Below, in pieces: positions 29,965 through 47,461 of a stretch of 64,000 bases of DNA (position 1 is its first letter; each line of letters starts with the position of its first letter). The stretch lies in assembly GCF_009914755.1 (NCBI RefSeq), contig NC_060925.1. The stretch is one strand, 5' to 3'. Source of the stretch: the human T2T-CHM13v2.0 reference genome, Homo sapiens. Under the pieces are notes generated by a model. That model saw only the letters and a program-made list of their open reading frames with translations, searched no databases and was not told the origin of the DNA. A program made the translations under genes and the position numbers.

Positions 29965-32605
29965 TGTTAAATTAAGTCTAACCTAAAGCCACCTCCTTAC
30001 ATATTTTAAGTTTGGCCTAAAGGTTTCTCTGTACACAGTGAACTGAAACTTAACTAGATGTATAAACAGATCGTAACCTACTTTTGTGCTAATTACCGAG
30101 TTTCAGTCAATCAAAGGCAGCCAACTGTTCAAACTATGTTCAAATACTCCAAATGCCCGAACTGTAACAAATCTGGCTGTTTCTGTACCTCATCTCTGTT
30201 TTCTGTACATCACTTTCCTTTTTGTGTCCATAAATCTTCAATCATGGGACTGCACCAGAGCCTCTCTGAACCTATTCTGGTTCCTGGGCTACCCAATTTG
30301 TGAATCATTCTTTGCTCAGTTAAACTCTGTTAAATTTAATATGTCTAAGGTTTTCAACAGATGTCATGCCCAGGAGCATGGAGTGACCAAGCAAGGTACC
30401 CCTCAGACTCACGATGTCCATTGCTTTCTGGAAGCAACTGATATCGTGGTAAGTTCTCGCTGAGATTCTGAAGCTCGACAGATTTCTGTTTGGAACCGAG
30501 TTTGAGCAAACTTCTGATCCGAACTGGGTTTGGAAGTCACAACAGAAACTGGACTGGATCCATGATTGGATTGGATCTGATAATTAACTGACTTGGATTC
30601 AGTTAAGAGGCTGCAGATGTCCAGGATCAGGCAGAAACTAGCAGAAATGGTAATATTACAGTGGGTGCAGACTTCAGAAATTTGCAGAGATTTTTGTGTT
30701 CTACATTCTTTTTCTTGTACCCTTAGGTAGGGAAAAATCATTAACTAAATTGATGAAGGGGATCTGAGGACCAAATCCAGGATTCTAGGGAAATATTGGA
30801 TCCTTAGTATCTGAAGAACACCGTATTCTACCTTCTAGCTATAAGGTAGAATGTATAAATATTAGGCCTCAGAAGAAATAACTACTTACAGAAATGGCAA
30901 AATCTTTGTAACTTAAAATTACAATGGACCGTTCCTAATGAACAACACAGCACTTAAAAATGAGGGGTCCTGAATTAGTCTTCAAGGATGCCTATTGATG
31001 TGCAGAAGCTTCTAAAAACATTTCAATATTTTTATTGCTTTATTAAAAGACTTCATAAAAGGCAAATAGGGCCAGGTGTGGTGGCTCATGCCTGTAATCC
31101 CAACACGTTGGGAGATCAAAGCAGGAAGATCGCTTGAGCACAGCAGTTCAAGACAAGCCTATGCAACATAGTGAGATCTCCTCTCTACAAAAAATTAAAA
31201 ATCAGCTGGATGTGGTGGTGTACACCTGTAGTTCCAGCTACTCAGGAGGCTGAGGTGGGAAATTCACTTGAGCCCAGGAGGTAAAGGCTGCAAATCAGCT
31301 GTGACTGTGCCTTTGTGATTACACAGAGGGAAACCCTGTCTTTAAAAAAAAAAAAAAAAAAGGCAAATAAAAAGCTCAGGTGAATAATTCACAAGAATAA
31401 TTAAATCTGCTAAACTTTTGGCATAAATACTATCCTGCCTCAAGAGTGAAAATAACGATATCCTGGATAAAATGTTGATAAAATGTAAACCAGTGGGTAA
31501 AGCAGACTTGCTTCTTTTTTAGATCTATCCAGTCTGAGTCCAAGCACAGAGTACTGTTTTCTTTGCCCTATTCCTCAATGGGCTCCATCTACCCTGAACT
31601 CAGTAATTTTAGCCAAGAAACAGTAGCTAAGTCAAATAAACCACCTACCCAACTAAAATATACCTTCCTGGCATTTAACTGGCTATCCTGAAACTCTTCT
31701 GTAAAAGAAATTTACATCTATAAAGGAAATCTCCATTTGTAAGGGTGTCTGCCTGTGTATATTAGAAACTTTTACCATAGTTTTAAATTTATGTAACAAG
31801 TCAAACCTTTGTTTAAGGTGCTTTTCTGGACATCTTAACTGAAATTTTTTACTCACATCATTTTTTCCTTGGTTTGAGCAAATGAGGGTACAATATGTAC
31901 GCCTAAAGTCTTAGGTTGTGCTTTTGAGATATAAATTTTCTACCTTATTTCACCTAAGAGTTGTCCCATTAGAAATGCAAATTTAAGGTTGCCTAGCTAA
32001 CAACTCCTTAGGGCAATGAAACAGGTAATGGAAGAATGATAGTCTGAATGGGGAAAAGAAAAACTATTCAAAAGCCAGCAAATGACAATCCTTTATGTAA
32101 GCTATAATATCTGCTTCTGTCTTTGTGTCTGTGTCTATATGTGTTACTTGTATGTAATATTTAGTAAATAAAGGTAGTTGTAAATTGTTACTAAAATAGA
32201 AATGGCTTCAAAATTATCAGTTAAATATAATTTGATACTTGCTTGCTTGTTTTTGGTTTTGAGCCTCTGGAGTCAGAGGTCTGGATGTATGCCCACAGTG
32301 AGGCATGAGGACACATTCTCAATGCCTAGGCCACCAGCTGCAAGGCAGAATCAAGCCCAATATATCCCCTTTTCCCCTGCCCTAGCTTTGCCTCCTGGCT
32401 ATTTTGGGAGGGTTCCGTCCTCCAGGCAATGTCTTCCCATTTCTGTCTTCTGTCATGAGGTCTACAGCTGTGCGTAAATTCAGGACTCAGACAGGACCTG
32501 CCCTTCATACCCATCTTGGGTGCCATGTGGCTACCTGAGACCCAGGATGACTAGGAAAAACATCAGAGGGGAGGGTACCTGTGTCACAGTTTCAAAGTCT
32601 TTACG
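29965..32605 (+). mobile_element. MER57 LTR (to about 30359) plus MER57-int sequence, with an Alu at 31069-31361
   Basis: TGTTAAATTAAGTCTAACCTAAAGCCACCTCCTTACATATTTTAAG matches the recalled MER57 LTR start; MER4-group internal sequence follows. Confidence 0.78.
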
Positions 32606-32646
32606 GTAACTTAAAATACTTCTAAGTATTAAAACTTAAAATATTT

Positions 32647-33780
32647 CTAAGTATTTAGAAATGATGTAGTTAGATGTAGGAGATGCACAGCATTCTCAGT
32701 TTACCTGGATCTCATGGAGCATAAAAATTGGCATGAAGTAAACTGTGTAAGATTACCAGAGCCCCAGCTTATCTGCTTTGTCTGTACCGAGACAGAAGGG
32801 GAGGGGTTACAGACTATGGTGCCTACTCCCATCACTGCTTCCCTCAGCCATAACAGGACAAGGGGGATCTTGAAAGCATCTTGAAAATTGTAAGGTGATC
32901 CAGATTTGGCCGTGTCTTTTACTTTGGCCATAGTGGTGTCCAATTATATTATAAATTAACTGATGGATTTATGCTGCCAGATCCTCAGAATGTTTGCCTT
33001 AGAAGATGACATCTATGCTTCCCCGATGCTTATTTTATTCATACAAGATTGGATTTGACACCCATCAGCATGCTTCATCTTTCACCTCAGAGATACTCAG
33101 AGTTGACTTGGGTTGACTAGTCAGGGTTGATTTAGATAGGGTTGATTTTCCCATTCCGTAAGTTTTTCTTTCTGAAGAATAAAACTTCCCCAGATAGAAT
33201 TGTTTTTTCTTCAAAAATATAGGATAGTTGCTCTAGAACTTTCTTATCTGGAGACAGTTTAACTACAGTTGTATACAGACTTATGTCTATCATTCACACT
33301 CATAGCTGCCTCTGTGTTCATTGCTGCTGCAGCTAGCTCATTATAGAGACTGCCACCTCTTTCTCTTACTCGACTCTCCCAGTGCCTTCTGGCCACTACA
33401 GCTAGCTTAAAATGGCATTTCATACACCTTGGTCACCGGGAGAGTTTACTTCTATCTACTTTTTCATCCCCAGTAGAAAGTAAAAGCTTTCTTCCAATTG
33501 GTCTTCCTGTTGCAATTACTATTACTTTTCTGGGGGTGACTTTAAATCAAAACCGAAAATATGTTTATTCACAGTATAAACTTACGTGTCTAGAATAATA
33601 AGGAACAGAGAAGTGCTACCTACAAGAACCTTCCTTTCTCTTCTTACCACCACCTTTATAATATAGTAGCTAGAATATTACAAGAGAGATAGTGTGGGAC
33701 ACTATCAGCCTTAAAAACATCTTTATTAATTAGACCTATTTTACTTTTGTTAATATTTCCCAATTAAGTTGTCCAGAGTA
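32647..33780 (+). pseudogene. TSEN15P2: Processed pseudogene of TSEN15 (5'-truncated, disabled); likely TSEN15P2; 3' limit uncertain
   Basis: Intronless KYLEMM*LDVGDA...[16 protein letters not shown]...[21 protein letters not shown]...[18 protein letters not shown] (to about 33009) resembles the TSEN15 C-terminal part, with stops and frameshifts, followed by 3'UTR-like sequence. Confidence 0.88.
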
Positions 33781-34061
33781 TGAAAAATTATATGCACAAA
33801 GATGTTCCAAGTGGTATTACTTCTTTTTTTTTTTTTTTTGAGACAGAGTCTCGATCTGTCACCCAAGCTGGAATACAGTGGCACGAGCTTGGCTCACTGC
33901 AACCTCCGCCTCCCATGGTGAAGTGATTCTCCTGCCTCAGCCTCCCGAGTAGCTGGGATTATAGGCGGGCATCACCATGCCCAGTTAATTTTTGTATTTT
34001 TAGCAGAGATGGGGTTTCACCACGTTGGCCAGGCTGGTCTCAAACTCCTGACCTCAGGTGA

Positions 34062-34437
<376 letters not shown>

Positions 34438-34519
34438 TGAACTCCTGAGCCCAGGCAATCCGCCCCCCTTGGCTTCCCAAAGTGCTAGGATTACAAGTGG
34501 TGAGCCACTGTGCCTGGCT

Positions 34520-35090
34520 ACATGAGAAAGATTCTGTACCACCAGAAAACATACACTGAAAATGACAAGTGAAGAAAATACCTCTATAAATGTTTAAATG
34601 GCCCACCAGGGCAGAAATATACCTGAAGTTTTTATTATCTTCTCAGGATTGATTATGGGTTTGACAAACCAAACATTGGTCATAAACCATTTTCGCATTT
34701 AGAACATTCGCCACACACACGCACACATTTATATGCAATTGGGATTACTTAGTCTCATCTATGATGAGTCACTGACTGCAGAGCTTTTAGTAATGGAAAC
34801 TTCGACGACTCAGGAAGGGCCAGGTGGGTCAAAGCTCTCCATGAGTCCATGGATAACATTGGACTTAATATCCTCCTAAATGCCAATTTTGTCTCTCCAA
34901 TTTAGATGCATAGAACTGTTTATTAGAATGAGTTATCATAGGTAATTTGACTTTGGACCATGGAGTTCATTCAAATTGCGTATCTAAACAATGTTAGTAT
35001 TAGCTGATTTAGCATGAAAATCTGGCATGGTTATTTTCTTGGTATTCAATTAAATTTTGTCCTGCTTGGGTTAGCAGTTTTAGAATTAGT
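34520..35090 (-). mobile_element. MER4-group ERV internal (integrase-region) fragment
   Basis: Minus strand GGGCCATTTAAACATTTATAGAGG (GPFKHL.R, integrase-like) typical of MER4/MER57-int. Confidence 0.55.
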
Positions 35091-35151
35091 AAAAAATACA
35101 TATATACGTATATAGGGCTTTCCCCCCCCGCCAATAAAAGACATCCATCTA

Positions 35152-35292
<141 letters not shown>

Positions 35293-35295
35293 CTA

Positions 35296-35442
<147 letters not shown>

Positions 35443-35600
35443 TTAAAATTAGCCCGAGGTGGTAACACACACTTGTGGTGCCAGCTACTCAGGAGGCTGA
35501 GGTGGGAGGATCACCTGAGCCAGGAGGTTAAGGCTGCAGTGAGCCATGATCATGACACTGCACTCCAGCCTAGGGAACAGACTGAGGAGGCCCTGTCTTA

Positions 35601-37471
<1,871 letters not shown>

Positions 37472-37528
37472 GGATTTATACTTTTTTAAAAGTATGACTG
37501 GACAACTGGTTATCCATATTTTTTTTTA

Positions 37529-37723
<195 letters not shown>

Positions 37724-38353
37724 TCAGGAGGCTGAGGTGGGAGTCGCTTGAACCCGGGAGGCAGAGGTTGCAGTGAGCTGAGATCATGCCACTGCACCCC
37801 ACCCTGGGTGATGGAGTGAGACCTGGTCTTAAAAAAAAAAAAAAAAAATTAGATTTCTTAATGTAAAAAACTATAATAAAATTTTTAGAATAAGATACAA
37901 AAAGTGCAAACCATAAAAGATCAATAACTGATTCAATGTTTGACTTTATAAACAAGGAGCAAACATAAGCTATGGACTTAGAGAATACATTTGCAACTCA
38001 TATAATCGACAAAAAATTAGCATTCAAAATAAAATGAATTTTTACAAGTCAAATTTATAAAAAGAAAAAACAACCCAATAGAAAAGCAGGCAATTTATAA
38101 AAGGAGAAATCCTGATGTCTACAAACTATGAAATAATGTCTGATCTTATTAGTAATAAGGGGAAATACAAATTTTTTAAGTTTTTCGTTTTGTTTTTTTT
38201 TTTTGAGACGGAGTCTCGCTCTGTCACCCAGGTTAGAGTGCAATGGCGTGATCATGGCTCATGCAACCTCCGCCTCCCCGGGTTCAAGCGATACTCCCAC
38301 CTCAGCCTCCCGAGTAGCCAGGATTACAGGCACCCATGATCATGCCTGGCTAA

Positions 38354-38497
<144 letters not shown>

Positions 38498-38514
38498 TAA
38501 GAAAGAAAAATATA

Positions 38515-38590
38515 GGCTGATCTGAATTCAGTGGTATTCACAACTAAATGATGCCTTCTCCACTCCCACTGCTTCACTTGACTAACCTTT
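38515..38590 (+). pseudogene. Y3 RNA (RNY3) retropseudogene with an internal deletion
   Basis: GGCTGATCTGAATTCAGTGGTATTCACAACTAAATGAT...CCTTCTCCACTCCCACTGCTTCACTTGACTAACCTTT plus an A tail; matches the recalled hY3 5' and 3' ends. Confidence 0.85.
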
Positions 38591-41546
38591 AAAAAAAAGT
38601 GAGAAATACAATTTTCCACAGATAGTAATTTTTTTTAAAACCTAACAATATCGACCAAGCATGATAGCTCACGCCTGTATTCCCAGCACTTTGGGAGGCC
38701 AAGAGGGCGGATCAGGAGGTCAGGAGAACGAGACCATCCTGGCCAACATGGTGAGACCCCATCTCTACTAAATATACAAAAAAAAAAAAAATTAGCTGGG
38801 CATGGTGGCAGGCACCTGTAGTTTCAGCTACTCAGGAGGCTGAGGCAGAAGAATTACTAGAACCCAGGAGGCAGAGGTTGCAGTGAGCCAAGATTTTGCC
38901 ACTGAACAGCCTGGGCGACAGAGCAAGACTCCATCTCAAAAAAAAAAAGAAAAATTTCTTAAAATTAGCTGGGCGTGGTGGCAGTCCCAGCCACTCCAGA
39001 GGCTGAGGCAGGAGGGCCCCTTGAGCCCAGGACTTCTAGGTTACAGTAAGCTATGATTTCACCACTGCACTCCAGCCTGGATAACAGAGTGAGACCTTAT
39101 CTTTAAAAAAAAGAAAAGAAAAAAACTAACAGTATCAATAACTGCTAAAAATGTAAGAACGTAAAGAAGCAGGAACTCTCATGTTCTATTGGTGTCAATG
39201 TAAAAAAGCACAACCCATTAGAAGAGTACTAATGGCAATATCTAGTGAGGTTAAAAATGAGTATGCCCAGTCATTTCACTTATAGGTATCATTTCACTCA
39301 TAGGTATGTGCCCTAGATAAATTCTCAAACGTGTGCACAAGGAACCATATACAGTCCTCTGAAACGCTAGAAACAACTTAAATGAAAAACAAAAAGAAAA
39401 AAGCTAAATTGTGGCATAGTCATAAAACAAAATATAACAGAAAACTGTAACCAAATGACAATAGGAAAATAGATAATAACGATGTATTCATCAACAAAAT
39501 ATTAAACATTGGTTAACACAAATAACTAGAACTACACTTATTGACATGGATAAATCTCAAAAGCAATGTTAAACCAAAAAAAAAAAAAGATTATGAGACA
39601 TCTAATGTGATACCTTTCTATTTCTATAATGCTTTAAAACATGCAAAAACAATGATATATACTGTTTAAAAAGTATGTTTAATAAAAAGTATACAACTAT
39701 AGATAGAACTAGTACGGTATATACATGAAATTTAGATAGTGGTTAACACTGAAAAAAGAAGGCAGAGAAGGTAATGGGAAGAGGCAATATAAAGAGGGCT
39801 TCAGCTGTTATCTGTAAGGTTTTGTTTCTATATATATGTATGTTTTATATATACATATATGCCATATATATTCAAAGACAGAGTCTCAGTCTGTCGCTCA
39901 GGCTGCAGCACAATGATGCGATCATAGCTTACTGTAACCTCAAACTCCTGGGCTCCTGCAATACTCCTGCCTCAGCCTACCAAAGCACTGGGATTACAGG
40001 CATCATGAGCCACTGTGCCCAGCCTAAACATTATGTTTTGATCCAGACAAAAAGCAAGAAATAAAGTAACCAAAAAAAAAGACTGAAAAGTATATCCTTA
40101 TGTAACAAGCCAAAGGAGAAAAGGAAGAAGACAGAAATGGAAGCAAGACTTTAAAACAGGCACTATTCTAGGCACTGGCGATATAAGCAGTAAACAAAAC
40201 TAATTCCTTGCCCTTGTGATGAAACATTCCAGTGCAAGAGAAAGACAATGCACAAGTAAATTTATGTCAAATGACAATAAGTGCTATAAAAAAAAAGAGT
40301 AAGAAAAAACATGGAGGTAGGAAAACAAAATTTATTTTATACAGGCTGATATTTAAAGTCATGAGACCGGACAACATACAGAGTAAGGGTAGATGAGAAG
40401 TCTGAAAATTGAGCCCTAGATAATCCAAAATTTAGAAGTCAGGGAAATAAGAAGAGATCTGTGAATAAGCAGGAAGAGAACTATGAACAGTGGTGACCTG
40501 AAAGTCAACTGATCAAAGCATTTCAAGAAGAATGGTGAACTATGCAGTATGATGCTGATAGGTTGAGTAAGATAACTTGAGAATTGACTAATGTAAAGAT
40601 ATTGGTGACCTTGAACTAGCTATTTCAGTGTAACAATAGTGGCAGAAGTCTACTCTGAGTGAGCTTACAGAATAATGGAAACAGATGAATTACAAACTGC
40701 AAGTACAGATAACTCAACAAGTTTTGCTACAGTTACCAGAGAAACTGAATAGCTAGAAGGACATAGCTCCAAGGGGATAAAGAATAAAGAAATTTTCTCT
40801 CCTGAAGATGGAAACAATTACAGCATATTTGTATGCTCCCGGGGATGATCCAGTAAAAGACAAACTGATGATGCAGGATGGAAGGAGAACAATTGCTGGA
40901 ATAATTAGTGGAACATAAAAGGTGTAAGGAGATGGGATCCAGTACACAACTGGAGAGTAGAGATAAGGTCTTAGGAGTACAGACTATTCATTTATTACTA
41001 ACAGAAGAGAAGGTATGCAAAGACTCAAAGAAACAAATTCTCTCCCTTCAAAAAATTCAACATAATAGCGTGGAAAGACAAGTAATAACTACAAAAATAT
41101 GAAATCGCTTGGAAAAAAAACATTGCTAGAGGGCCACACAAGAGTCACTAACTACATGTGGGAAGGGACGATTGAAAGAAAACAGAAAAGAGAGGAGATA
41201 CTCATGCATGAATTCAAAAGGCAAATATGACCAAAGAAAACATGTGCCAAGAAAAGGAGCACAAAATAGCACAACAGAAGATGAAGATGAAGATAGAACG
41301 TTAAGAACAAAATAGAAGGCCTTGGACATTACCTGCCATTATGAGAAGTTTGTTAGAAGGAATAAAATGAGAGAATACAATCCATTTATACTCTAATTAC
41401 TGCTTAGTACCTCCTCAGTAATGTATTTTCATAGAATAGCACTTAAATCTATCATGTAGTAACAGTACTGTCTGGCTGGGCACAGTGGTTCATGCCCGTA
41501 ATTCCAGCACTTTGGGAGATGAAGGCAGGAGGATCACTTGACTCTA

Positions 41547-41750
<204 letters not shown>

Positions 41751-43997
41751 TCAAAAAATAAAATAAGGCATTGAAATTATTTAAAATGTTACCAGTGGTT
41801 AATGCAGGGTAGAATAATTATGGAGAATTCTCTCTTTTTGAGATAGGGTCTCACTCTGTTGCCCACACTGGAGTGTACCGGTGTGATCATGGCTCACTAC
41901 AACCTCAAACTCTTGTGCTCAAGCCATCCTCCTACCTCAGCCTTCCAAGTAGCTGGGACCACACCAGCTTGGTGGTGCACACCACCAAGCCCAGCTAATT
42001 TTTTAATTTTTTGTAGAGGTAGGGTCTTGTTTTGTTACCCAGGCTGGCCTCAAACTCATGATCTCCAACGATCCTCCTGCCTTGACTTAAGATGCTGGGA
42101 TTACAGGCATGAACCAGCGCGCCCAGCCAGGAATTCTTAAATTTTCTTTTTATCTAAAGTTCCTTCCCTATGATGACCACATAATACTTCTTTATTGTTA
42201 TTTAACACTTATCTTCTTGTAATTACTAAAAAATAAATAAAACAAAAGTCAAATCTCTCCTTCCTTTCCCCAGAGAAATGAGCTTGCTGAATACCATCCC
42301 TAATCATTTCTGTACATATATATGAATACGTGAAAAACTATAATTTAAGTAAACATATAACAGTAATGTTTTTTCCTTTTAAAAATGGAATTATACATTT
42401 TGTTTTGCCACTAGTTTTCATTCAACAATAAATCAGAGAAGATCTCTCTATTTCAACATATAAAATCACCTATCCTTTTTTATAGCTATGTATTATTTTC
42501 ATTGTAAAACTGTAACATAATTTAATCTTTATTCAACCAATGGAAAATAAAGTTGTACCAACTTTTTACTACTACAAAAAATGCTACAAAGCCAGCTTTA
42601 TTCATGGCCTTATCCAATATATAAACAGTAATAGCTAACATTTGAGTGCTTACTATGCCAAGCACAAGCTTCCACACAAAATATACAATATCAGCATACG
42701 CATTTGTAGTATTTGTATCATTTGCACTTCTGTAACCTGTCCATATTCATTTTCTCTGAAAATCAATTGCTTTAAAACTGGCCAAAATACACTTAAAAAA
42801 ATTTTTTTAAGAGATGGAGGGATCTCATTTTGTTGCCCAGGCTGGTCTTGAACTACTGGGCTCAAGCCATCCTCCCATCTCAGCCTCCCAAGTAGCTGGG
42901 ATTACAAGTATGTGCCACTGTGCCCAGCTTCAGAATACAATTTTAATCTAAGAAATTTCTGGCAAAATATCCCCATGAGTTCTGTGAAAATGCCTGGCAT
43001 GTAAGCACTCATACATTCATACATTCTACAAATATTATTTGAGAACCTAAAATGTACTGGACCTTGAGTGAATAAAACAGACATGATCTCCGTACTCACG
43101 GGCATTTAGCCTAGCAAACATTTAAAGTGAATTAAGTGGAAAGCAAAAAGAAAAGTGAAGAGGGGAACACATCAGCTACAGAAAGACTAGTACCATTTGT
43201 GTCAACACAACTGACACAATTATAACTGACTCTTAAGCCAGTCTTCCACATCCTATAGATTTAAACTACTGCTTTATTCTTAAAATACTGCTTTACTTTT
43301 ATCATTTTCATGCTCAAGAACCCACAAATTTTCTTAGTATTTACCATGTATACACTTCACCCATTTTCTACATTAGCTATTTCAAACCTTCACACTCAAG
43401 GCTTCCCCTATGCATCCCACTATTTCCCTTAGAGTTCCCCAGAGGACCACCTAAGTACATTTCAATGACTACTTTACAAATAAGAGGGGAAAGTCACCCT
43501 TTCAAGTTTTCACTGCCTGCATCCATACTCGTTACTTCCTTCACTTTAAGTGAAGATATTTTCTCGTCTCTCTAAAATGAGCCTCTCTGGGTATGTTCTT
43601 AAGATTAATCCTGTCACCTCACAACTATCTAAGAATCTATTATTATTATGAATACAGACAGTATTAATAATTAGTAATTAATAATTACTAATACTGACAG
43701 TATTATTACTAATACAGACAGTAATCTATTACTGTCTGTATCTTCAACTTCTCTACTGATTCTTTTTTTCTCAAGCAAGACATGCTCACCTCTTATTCAT
43801 CTTGAAAAAAACTCTCTCTTGCTACAATGCACTGTTTTTATCCTAAAATCTCCTCTCATCCCTTCCCCTTTAAAACCAAACAATGTGTACCTCATCATTC
43901 AAAATTTCTCACTCTTGGCCGGGCGTGGTGCCTCAGGCCTGCAATCCCAGCACTTTGGGAGGCTGAGACAGGTGGATCACCTGAGGTCAGGAGTTCA

Positions 43998-44204
<207 letters not shown>

Positions 44205-44799
44205 TCAATTTCTCACTCTCCATTCATCCTTAACTCACTACAACCTGGTTTCTGCCTCCATACCATTCCTTTGAAACTGCTTTCACCAGTAATAATTTCT
44301 CGAGTCTCCAAAAGGGATTCAGTCCTAGTACTGCTTGACCTCTCAGTTTTATCTATCATCACTCCTTGCTTCAAGAATTCTCCTCCACTGGTTCATTAAA
44401 AAAAAAAAAAAAAAAAAAAAAAAAGCCACTATCACCTGCTTCCCAACTGCTCCTTTTCAATTTCAATTGTTTATAGGTTGCTCTTCTTCTGTGTCCTTAT
44501 GAAGATCCTTAGCCTTAGAGACATTAGTTAACTTGCTAAAGGTCACATAACCAGTAGACAGCAAGCTAGAAACACAAATGACAAAACAAAAAGTCATACT
44601 TTACATATCCCTATTCTAGCACCTATTATATTTAATGCATTTCAGTTTCAGTATCTGCTCCCTGACTCTCCTACAGCAGATCATAAGCTTCTTAAAAGCA
44701 AAAGAGCTTTTACCATCATTCAGTTCTTTAAAAACAGGGCGTTTTTGTTTGTTTTTTGGTTTTCTTTTTGAGACAGTCTGGTTCTGTTGCCCAGCCTAG

Positions 44800-44928
<129 letters not shown>

Positions 44929-45416
44929 TAGTAGAGACAGGGTTTCACCATGTTGGCCAGGTAGGTCTCCAACTCCTGACCTCACGTGATCCACCAGCCT
45001 CAGCCTCCCAAAGTGCTGGGATTACAGGCGTGAGCCACGGCGCCCAGTCAGAAAAACAGAGAGTTTTTTGTTCTGGTTTTGTTTTTTTGAGACAGAGGCA
45101 GGTGATCTTCCTGCCTTGGCCGCCCAAAGTGCTAGGATTACAGGTGTGAGCTACTGCACCTGGCCAACAGAGAGCTTTTTAATGCTAAATCTTATTTTCC
45201 TAAAACACACAGACATACACACACACACACAACTTCAGTTAGAAACAATATACACTCTTTCTATTCTTACTAGCCCATCAGCCCACTTTAAAGAAATCAG
45301 TCAGGCCCGGTGCAGTGGCTCATGCCAGTACTCCCAGCACTTTGGGAGGCCAAGGTGGGCTGATTGAGCTCAGGAGTTTGAGACTAGCCTGGGCAACAGA
45401 GCGAAACCCAACTCTA

Positions 45417-45578
<162 letters not shown>

Positions 45579-46122
45579 TCAAACACAAAACAAAACAAAA
45601 TAAGGAAATCAGTCTAAGGAATAGTAAGAGACAAAAGATATGTTTATTAAAGTTATACTAGTATTCATAAGATTTAACATATTTCAATCTTAAAAGCACT
45701 TACTTTGTTAAATGAGTTTGAATCTCGTGAAGTAATACCTAGGTTACCTTTACTTTACAAGACAAGTGAGAGTGCAAAACAAAAAGAAATTTGGATTCAC
45801 TTGTTCATTTGTTATCAGACTAAGGAATTGTCAATCTCATGGAATTTACACACATGGAAGTCATAATGATTTCTTTTGTAGCTGTGAGATTTTGTGATCA
45901 TTTTAGCAATATTTGTGTGTCTGTGTGTGTGTGAAATGAAACACACACAAATGAAATTACTGGCTCATGTATTGAATGAAGCATTACGGTTCCAGGAGTT
46001 TTCATTGTAAATATCAACAAATAAACCTATGTTCTTCCCATCCAATACAAAAAAAAAAGTTCTCTTGTTTTCTGGTGTATAGTTTTCTTCTGATACCTCA
46101 GATTTGTATAAGGCTTCTGCTC

Positions 46123-46148
46123 AGTATACGTGCTGCCAAAGTGAGCAA
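46123..46148 (-). pseudogene. Tailless U6 snRNA 5'-end retrocopy flanked by a 15-bp TSD
   Basis: Minus strand TTGCTCACTTTGGCAGCACGTATACT vs U6 GTGCTCGCTTCGGCAGCACATATACT (22/26); direct repeat AAGGCTTCTGCTCAG at 46110-46124 and 46149-46163. Confidence 0.85.
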
Positions 46149-46347
46149 AAGGCTTCTGCTCAGAAGTGAGCCACTTCACTAGCAAACTATTCAGGAAGCC
46201 AACAAATGTTAGTGTTCTCAATGCAACTGTTCCACTCACTGGAATTGTGATCCTCCTCCTGTTCCACAGCATATAATAGTAAACAACATAATATTCAGAA
46301 ATAGCCTGTACCTTATTCAGCACACACCCACCCATTATTTTCTATAA

Positions 46348-46701
<354 letters not shown>

Positions 46702-46762
46702 TAACCATCTCCTCACTTGTAACAGTCTGACCAAAATTTAAATTAGAAGGACTTGCCCTTCA

Positions 46763-46915
<153 letters not shown>

Positions 46916-47272
46916 CTACAAAAAATTAGCCGGACATGGTGGGGCAGGTTGTGATGGTGCCTCTGTACTCCAGCCTGGGCGATGAATTGAAATCCTGTCT
47001 CAAAATTTTTTTTAATCATTAAAAAAAAAAAAAAAGAAGTTTACATACCTTTTCATTTGTTCTTTCCTTCTCCATAGAAATACAGGTCTTTTTACGAGCA
47101 GGTTAAACATGGAAAGTGCTCTGTACTTGTTTTAGTCAATCCAAAATACCTAACGTTAAGTGTTCTTCATTGTTAAAATTTACTATTCAGAATGCACCAC
47201 AGCCAGGCCAGGTGCAGTGGCTCACCTGTGCCTGTAATCCCAGCACTATGGGAGGCCAAGGAGGGCAGATCA

Positions 47273-47461
<189 letters not shown>

